Source of the DNA: Nitrospirota bacterium
Lineage (GTDB): Bacteria > Nitrospirota > Thermodesulfovibrionia > Thermodesulfovibrionales > UBA9159
Length of the DNA: 64,000 nt
Assembly (NCBI GenBank): GCA_963699545.1
Contig: CAVOUE010000005.1
Coordinates: 1-64,000 of the forward strand
Direction of reading: 5' to 3'
Of the stretch, positions 59,144 through 64,000 are shown piece by piece. Numbering within the stretch: position 1 is the first letter of the stretch; the number at the start of each line of letters is the position of its first letter. The translations under genes were made by a program, and so were the position numbers. A model generated the notes under the pieces. It made no database searches and was not told where the DNA came from. It worked only from the letters and a program-made list of their open reading frames with translations.

Positions 59144-59890
59144 ATGAGAAGTAAAGTGACGTTTGTTTCGTGCCTGGTATTGACAGTGTTTCTTTTTGTG
59201 GGACTTTCCAGCTATGGTTTTGCCGAAGAGATGAAACACAAAAAGGGCGGTGCTTCTATGGAGCTGCATCATATCCATGCCATGATGAGCCATGGACTTG
59301 CGATGGCGGCCGAGGGTTCGACAATGGTAATGCTGGCAGGGATGAATATGGCGCCCTCTGTGGATGAAGCGACCATCAAACACGGACAGCACATGATCAT
59401 GGAAGGAAAGGCGGTGATCGAGAGGATGCTGAACGGCCCGGAGATGAAGGCGCTTCATCAGCGGAAATATGACGAGGGGCTTATGAAGTATACCCATGAC
59501 CTCGGCAACTCCATGCTGAAAGTAGTGGCTATGCTCGAAAAGATGAAGATGGAAGGGAACATGTCGCAGGACATGATGACGATGCACCACATGCATGTCC
59601 TGATGAACCATGGTTTAGTGATGGCCGCCGAGGGAGCGAATATGGTCATGCTTGGACAAATGGGCATGGCAAAGGGCATTGATGCCTATTCCATCGAACA
59701 CGGGAAGATGATGCTTTCGGACGCACGATCGGTATTGAAGGATAGTATGGAGGGCAAGGCGATGCAGGAGCTGCATGGCAAGGGGGTGAAGATGGATAAC
59801 GCCATGATGGCAGAGATGCACGGGATTGGTGATGCAGCTCTGAAAGTGCTCGATCTCCTTACAAAGATGCCTTCCCCCGGAGCAAAGTAA
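59144..59890 (+). CDS. Very Met/His-rich periplasmic protein with internal duplication
   Basis: Signal peptide; two copies of HHxHxxMxHGLxMAAEGxxMVML..M.M. Confidence 0.85.
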   Translation: MRSKVTFVSCLVLTVFLFVGLSSYGFAEEMKHKKGGASMELHHIHAMMSHGLAMAAEGSTMVMLAGMNMAPSVDEATIKHGQHMIMEGKAVIERMLNGPEMKALHQRKYDEGLMKYTHDLGNSMLKVVAMLEKMKMEGNMSQDMMTMHHMHVLMNHGLVMAAEGANMVMLGQMGMAKGIDAYSIEHGKMMLSDARSVLKDSMEGKAMQELHGKGVKMDNAMMAEMHGIGDAALKVLDLLTKMPSPGAK

Positions 59891-60041
59891 AGTTTGGCAT
59901 GTCCTGCGATAACTTTCCCGTCGCAAAGCGGAGCCGGGAGAAGAGCTAATGTTCCGGGCCACTTCTTGGCCCGGGATACTTGGTATACATGACATTTACG
60001 CGTCATTTCTTATGAGGAATGACAATAATGAGGAGGGTCAC

Positions 60042-61076
60042 ATGAGCCTTAAGCATGAAGTGGAAAAACGCAATGTGCCTGCCGGATCAGCTGGAGGAGA
60101 AATCGCTGTGGAGAGAGGGTTTTATTCCCGTTCTTGTAAGTGGCATACGTTGGCATTGTGCGGCGTTGTGTTGCTTGTGCTTGTATCCATACCGTCTCTC
60201 GTTTCTGCCCACGGATTTGCGGGCAAGAGGTTTTTCCCGACCACGTTTCAGGTCGAGGACCCGTTCGTCTCCGACGAGTTCTCGATCCTCTTTAACCATA
60301 TCAAGGAACCCGATGCAAAAACCACGGAAATCGGCATCGACTACACCAAACGCATCATACCAAACCTCGGGATAAGCATCGGCGAATCATACCGGCACCA
60401 GGACTTCGTGGACGGCGGGTCCGCCAGCGGTTTTGGGAACCTCGAGCTGGGGCTGAAGTATCAGTTCCTCACCAACGCGGAGCATGAGACGATCCTCTCC
60501 GTCGGGCTCGGCACGGAAATAGGCGGCACCGGGGCGCGAGGGGTAGGGGCGGATTCGTTTTCGACCATTTCGCCTGCGCTCTTTTTTGGCAAAGGCTTTG
60601 GCGATCTGCCCGAATCGGTAAAGTTTCTGAGACCCTTTGCGATCACCGGTGTCATAGGTCCGAACTTCCCGACACGCGGCAAGAACGTTACTACCACGCT
60701 CAATGAAGATACAGGAGAAACCGAACAGGAGGTGGAACGCAACCCTACCACCCTGACGTGGGCCTTCAGCATCCAGTACAGTCTCATGTACCTTCAGTCC
60801 TTTGTGAAGGATGTGGGGCTGGGAGATCCGTTGAAGCGCATGATCCTTGTGGTCGAATTTCCCATGGAGACCTGCATAAGTGCTGACTGCAAAGGTAAGA
60901 TTACCGGCACGGTAAACCCGGGAGTTGTCTGGGCAGGCAAGTTCATGGAATTGGGTCTTGCCGCGCAGATCCCTATCAACGCGCGCACGGGAAAGAGCGT
61001 CGGGGTCCTCGCCCTTTTTCACCTTTTCCTCGATGACCTTTTTCCAAAGGGCATAGGGGGACCGATTTTTCACTGA
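60042..61076 (+). CDS. Putative outer membrane beta-barrel protein associated with copCD
   Basis: Signal ending SA-HGFAGKRFFPTT, GFGNLELGLKYQF, GKGFGDLP. Confidence 0.75.
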   Translation: MSLKHEVEKRNVPAGSAGGEIAVERGFYSRSCKWHTLALCGVVLLVLVSIPSLVSAHGFAGKRFFPTTFQVEDPFVSDEFSILFNHIKEPDAKTTEIGIDYTKRIIPNLGISIGESYRHQDFVDGGSASGFGNLELGLKYQFLTNAEHETILSVGLGTEIGGTGARGVGADSFSTISPALFFGKGFGDLPESVKFLRPFAITGVIGPNFPTRGKNVTTTLNEDTGETEQEVERNPTTLTWAFSIQYSLMYLQSFVKDVGLGDPLKRMILVVEFPMETCISADCKGKITGTVNPGVVWAGKFMELGLAAQIPINARTGKSVGVLALFHLFLDDLFPKGIGGPIFH

Positions 61077-61078
61077 AA

Positions 61079-61459
61079 GTGACAGCGCAGCACTTGAACG
61101 TCAGAACTATAGGCACGTTTTTGTTGCTTGTGGTTTTGTGCGCACTGCCGGAACCGGCCGGCGGGCATGCGTTCCCCGACCATGCCGATCCGAAAGTGGG
61201 CGCGACGATACCCGTTTCTCCCGACCGCGTGCGCATATGGTTCGATAGCGCTCTGGAGCCGGCCTTTTCTTCGATCATGGTCCATAGCGCAGACGGCACG
61301 ATGGTGGACAAGAGGGATGGTCGTGTGAATCCATCCGATCCAACACTCCTCGAGGTAAGCGTGCCCAAGCTGCCTCCGGGTACCTATCGCGTGATCTGGA
61401 ACGTCGTGGCAAGGGATACTCACCGAACCATGGGAGACTATACGTTTACGATCAGATAA
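61079..61459 (+). CDS. copC: Copper resistance protein CopC
   Basis: Mature N-terminal HA, YRVIWNVVARDTH..G.YTF. Confidence 0.9.
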   Translation: MTAQHLNVRTIGTFLLLVVLCALPEPAGGHAFPDHADPKVGATIPVSPDRVRIWFDSALEPAFSSIMVHSADGTMVDKRDGRVNPSDPTLLEVSVPKLPPGTYRVIWNVVARDTHRTMGDYTFTIR

Positions 61460-61474
61460 GGAGGTCAGTGACAG

Positions 61475-63271
61475 GTGACCGCATTCATCCAAATCATTCC
61501 CGAGTGGTTCGAACTTGTGTCCCTGGCCTTCTGTATCGGCGCACTTGTATGCCTTCTCTGGGTCCTGAAGACTGCTGGACCCAACGGGTCTTCCGATCAG
61601 GGAACAATCTTTGTCTCTGTATGGCGCCTGTTCGGTATCTGTCTGTCGGTGATGGTCGTCAGCAGCATTGCGGAGTTGCTGATGCGTGCCGCCGAGATGA
61701 GCGGCCGGCCTGTTTCAGAGGTTTTTCCGGTTCTCGGCACAGTCATATTTCGTAGCCACGCCGGACGGGTGTGGCTTATCCGCATGGCAGCTGTCATGCT
61801 TTTGTTGATCTTGTTGAAGGCAGGGCGGACGTACCGTGATTCGCGGGGATTCCTGCTTCTCGTGCTGGGCCTCATGGCCCTTATATCCATGACCGAGAGC
61901 GCTTCAGGACATGCCTCGGATAAGGGAGATTTCAGTCTCCCCGAAATAATGGACTGGCTTCACCTGCTTGCCGCTTCTGTCTGGGGAGGGGGGCTTCTTG
62001 CCCTTTCCGCTTTTGTTCTGCCAGGACTGGTAATATCGGGTGATGAGGCTGCGCCTCTCATCGCCGGTGTTGCCCGCAGATTTTCAGCAATTGCGGGTGT
62101 GGCGGTAGGAATCGTCGCACTTACGTCACTTTACAATGCGTGGTCAAATGTCAACAGTCTTGAAGCGTTCTGGAAGGCGCCTTACGGCCGAATAGTTCTT
62201 ATAAAAATTGTCCTCTTCTTCCTTCTCCTGGGTCTCGGCGCGTTCAATCGGTACGTCAACGTTCCTCTCTTGCAGGAGTGGGCGGGCATTTCTCTGAATG
62301 GGCGGGGAATTATTGGCCGCGTTGCAGCCCAATTGAGGACGCGTTTCTTGCCCAATAAAAGCGGCCCTGACATTGCGTTGCGCTTCAAGAGAAGTGTAAG
62401 GCTTGAGGCGCTCCTTATCATAGGGGTCCTGCTTTGTGCCGGCCTTCTCCGCCATCAGGTCCCGGCCCGTCATTTCTTGCACCTGCAACATATGGCAGCC
62501 CGGCAGGCGGCCCCCCCGCCAGAACCGGTTGTAAGCCTCGAAACTTATCCGGACAAGATTACTGCAGGGGTTCCGGTGGGGATAACGGTTCGTATCACGG
62601 ATCCGGAGGGAAAGCATCTTGGAGGGCTTCAGGTTATGCACGAACGGATCCTCCATGCCATCATCATCGGCAAGGATCTGAACGTATTTGCGCATATCCA
62701 TCCTGAGGACTTCGGACGGGTTACCGATGAGATGATGAAGGAGGCAACGTTTCCCTTGCGATTCACTTTCCCAAAGGCCGGACAGTACCTCGTTGGGATC
62801 GACTTTGCTGCATCTGATGAGGCTTACAGTAAGTCGTTTCCTCTGAGTGTTTCCGGGGAGCCGGCAATGGGAGAGCCGAAGATGGATCTCTCACGAGAGA
62901 AGGATGTCGGTGAATACAGGATCACTCTGACGATTTTTCCGGACAGCGTCCAGGCAGGCGAGGAGACAACGCTCAGATATGTCATCGAAAAGAACGGGCG
63001 AGCGGTAACAGACCTCAAGCCTTACCTGGGCGCGGCCATGCACCTGGCTGTCGTGTCTACCGACCTCAGCCTTTTTATCCACGCTCACGGGGCCACACCA
63101 GGGGAGCCTCGTGCTCACCACGACCATATGCACGCCAATCCCCCGAAAAGGTTCGGCCCTGAGATAGATGCCGATATTGTCTTTCCCGGCAAGGGGATCT
63201 ATAAGATCTTCAGCCAGGTGAAACACGGGGAAAAGGTCCTTCTTTTTGATTTTATGGTGAATGTCCAATAG
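61475..63271 (+). CDS. copD: CopD-family copper membrane protein fused to His-rich periplasmic domains
   Basis: SGHA, WLHLLAASVWGGGL, RFS..A, YGR; C-terminal MHERILH..FAHIHP and PYLGAAMH..FIHAH repeats. Confidence 0.85.
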   Translation: MTAFIQIIPEWFELVSLAFCIGALVCLLWVLKTAGPNGSSDQGTIFVSVWRLFGICLSVMVVSSIAELLMRAAEMSGRPVSEVFPVLGTVIFRSHAGRVWLIRMAAVMLLLILLKAGRTYRDSRGFLLLVLGLMALISMTESASGHASDKGDFSLPEIMDWLHLLAASVWGGGLLALSAFVLPGLVISGDEAAPLIAGVARRFSAIAGVAVGIVALTSLYNAWSNVNSLEAFWKAPYGRIVLIKIVLFFLLLGLGAFNRYVNVPLLQEWAGISLNGRGIIGRVAAQLRTRFLPNKSGPDIALRFKRSVRLEALLIIGVLLCAGLLRHQVPARHFLHLQHMAARQAAPPPEPVVSLETYPDKITAGVPVGITVRITDPEGKHLGGLQVMHERILHAIIIGKDLNVFAHIHPEDFGRVTDEMMKEATFPLRFTFPKAGQYLVGIDFAASDEAYSKSFPLSVSGEPAMGEPKMDLSREKDVGEYRITLTIFPDSVQAGEETTLRYVIEKNGRAVTDLKPYLGAAMHLAVVSTDLSLFIHAHGATPGEPRAHHDHMHANPPKRFGPEIDADIVFPGKGIYKIFSQVKHGEKVLLFDFMVNVQ

Positions 63272-63451
63272 TTGCGGCTTTCCAGAGGACAACAGGCAAT
63301 TTCCGGCACTTCTCGGCAGGTACGGTGCCTGGGAAAGAAAAGACATTGACCGCGTGTTCATAATTTATTCAAATTTGCCGTGTACGCTAGCCGGGATTGT
63401 ACAAGGTTGGTTCAGATAACGGCATATCATAATAAATAAGGTACGAAAAGA

Positions 63452-64000
63452 ATGAAGCCAGGGTTCAGGAAGACCATACTGCATATGGTCGTGGCGCTTT
63501 TCCTGCTGATGACAGGAGGAGCCATGTCTCAAACGAAGAATAAGACGACGCTCTATTTTTTCTGGGGGAATGGCTGTCCTCATTGCAATAAGGAAAAAAT
63601 ATTCCTCGGGCATCTCGGGGGAAAATACCCTGAGCTCGAAGTCAAGTCCTATGAGGTGTGGTATGACCTGGAAAATGCAGGGCTCTTTGCGCAGATATCA
63701 AAGGCGTATGGGAAGAAGATCGAAGGGGTCCCCATGGTGTTCATCGGCAACTTCGATCCGGTGGTCGGCTACATCAGCGACGAAGTCACAGGAAAAGTGC
63801 TGGAAGAGAAGATACTCTATTGCATAGAGAACGGCTGTGCTGATCCCTTTGACAGGATACGGAGAACTGCCGAAGAAAAAGAGGAGCTGAAAGGCGAGGC
63901 GCGTAAACCGGCTGAAGTAAAGCAGCAACCGAAAGGACCGGTGCCTGACATGGCCTCGAAAAAAGAAGAAAAGGCGAAGGAGAAAATCCCTCAGAAAGAA
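63452..64000 (+). CDS. Exported glutaredoxin/thioredoxin-like domain protein, runs off the window end
   Basis: Manual translation: signal peptide, LYFFWGNGCPHC, GVPMVFIG; no stop before 64000. Confidence 0.85.
   Translation, partial: MKPGFRKTILHMVVALFLLMTGGAMSQTKNKTTLYFFWGNGCPHCNKEKIFLGHLGGKYPELEVKSYEVWYDLENAGLFAQISKAYGKKIEGVPMVFIGNFDPVVGYISDEVTGKVLEEKILYCIENGCADPFDRIRRTAEEKEELKGEARKPAEVKQQPKGPVPDMASKKEEKAKEKIPQKE

Overview
Bacterial window from an anaerobic, selenocysteine-using organism. The gene content suggests Nitrospirota (Thermodesulfovibrionia-like) or a related deltaproteobacterial-type lineage; this is an inference. Positions 1-~2345 hold a heavily frameshifted hspR-like/clpB segment that seems joined to the rest by an abrupt, possibly chimeric, junction. 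Next is a C1/corrinoid energy cluster: QueG-like Fe-S protein, RACo/ASKHA corrinoid activator, hdrCBA, a Sec-containing mvhD with SECIS, and metV. A patchy accessory stretch (group II intron 5' remnant, REP-like element, pentapeptide-repeat protein) precedes tRNA-Ser(GGA) and ffs-dnaX-ybaB-recR-ychF. An integrase-less integron-like cassette region follows (MazEF, HicAB, DUF4268, attC sites, duplicated promoter/attI-like modules). The rest is transport and housekeeping genes, a DevBCA-TolC-type exporter next to a putative ECF regulon, DegP, a radical SAM/SPASM locus, SOD, nth, and two metal-handling operons (Zn/Mn ABC; CopCD), each headed by a leader ORF ending in RAPP/RPP. The most notable unannotated signal is a 40-codon ORF at 47412-47534 ending C-H-K-UGA-K-S-UGA-K-S-UAA. 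It is followed by an fdhF-like SECIS hairpin and lies just upstream of a radical SAM/SPASM enzyme, making it a candidate di-selenocysteine RiPP precursor-maturase system. Several single-base frameshifts are probably sequencing errors.
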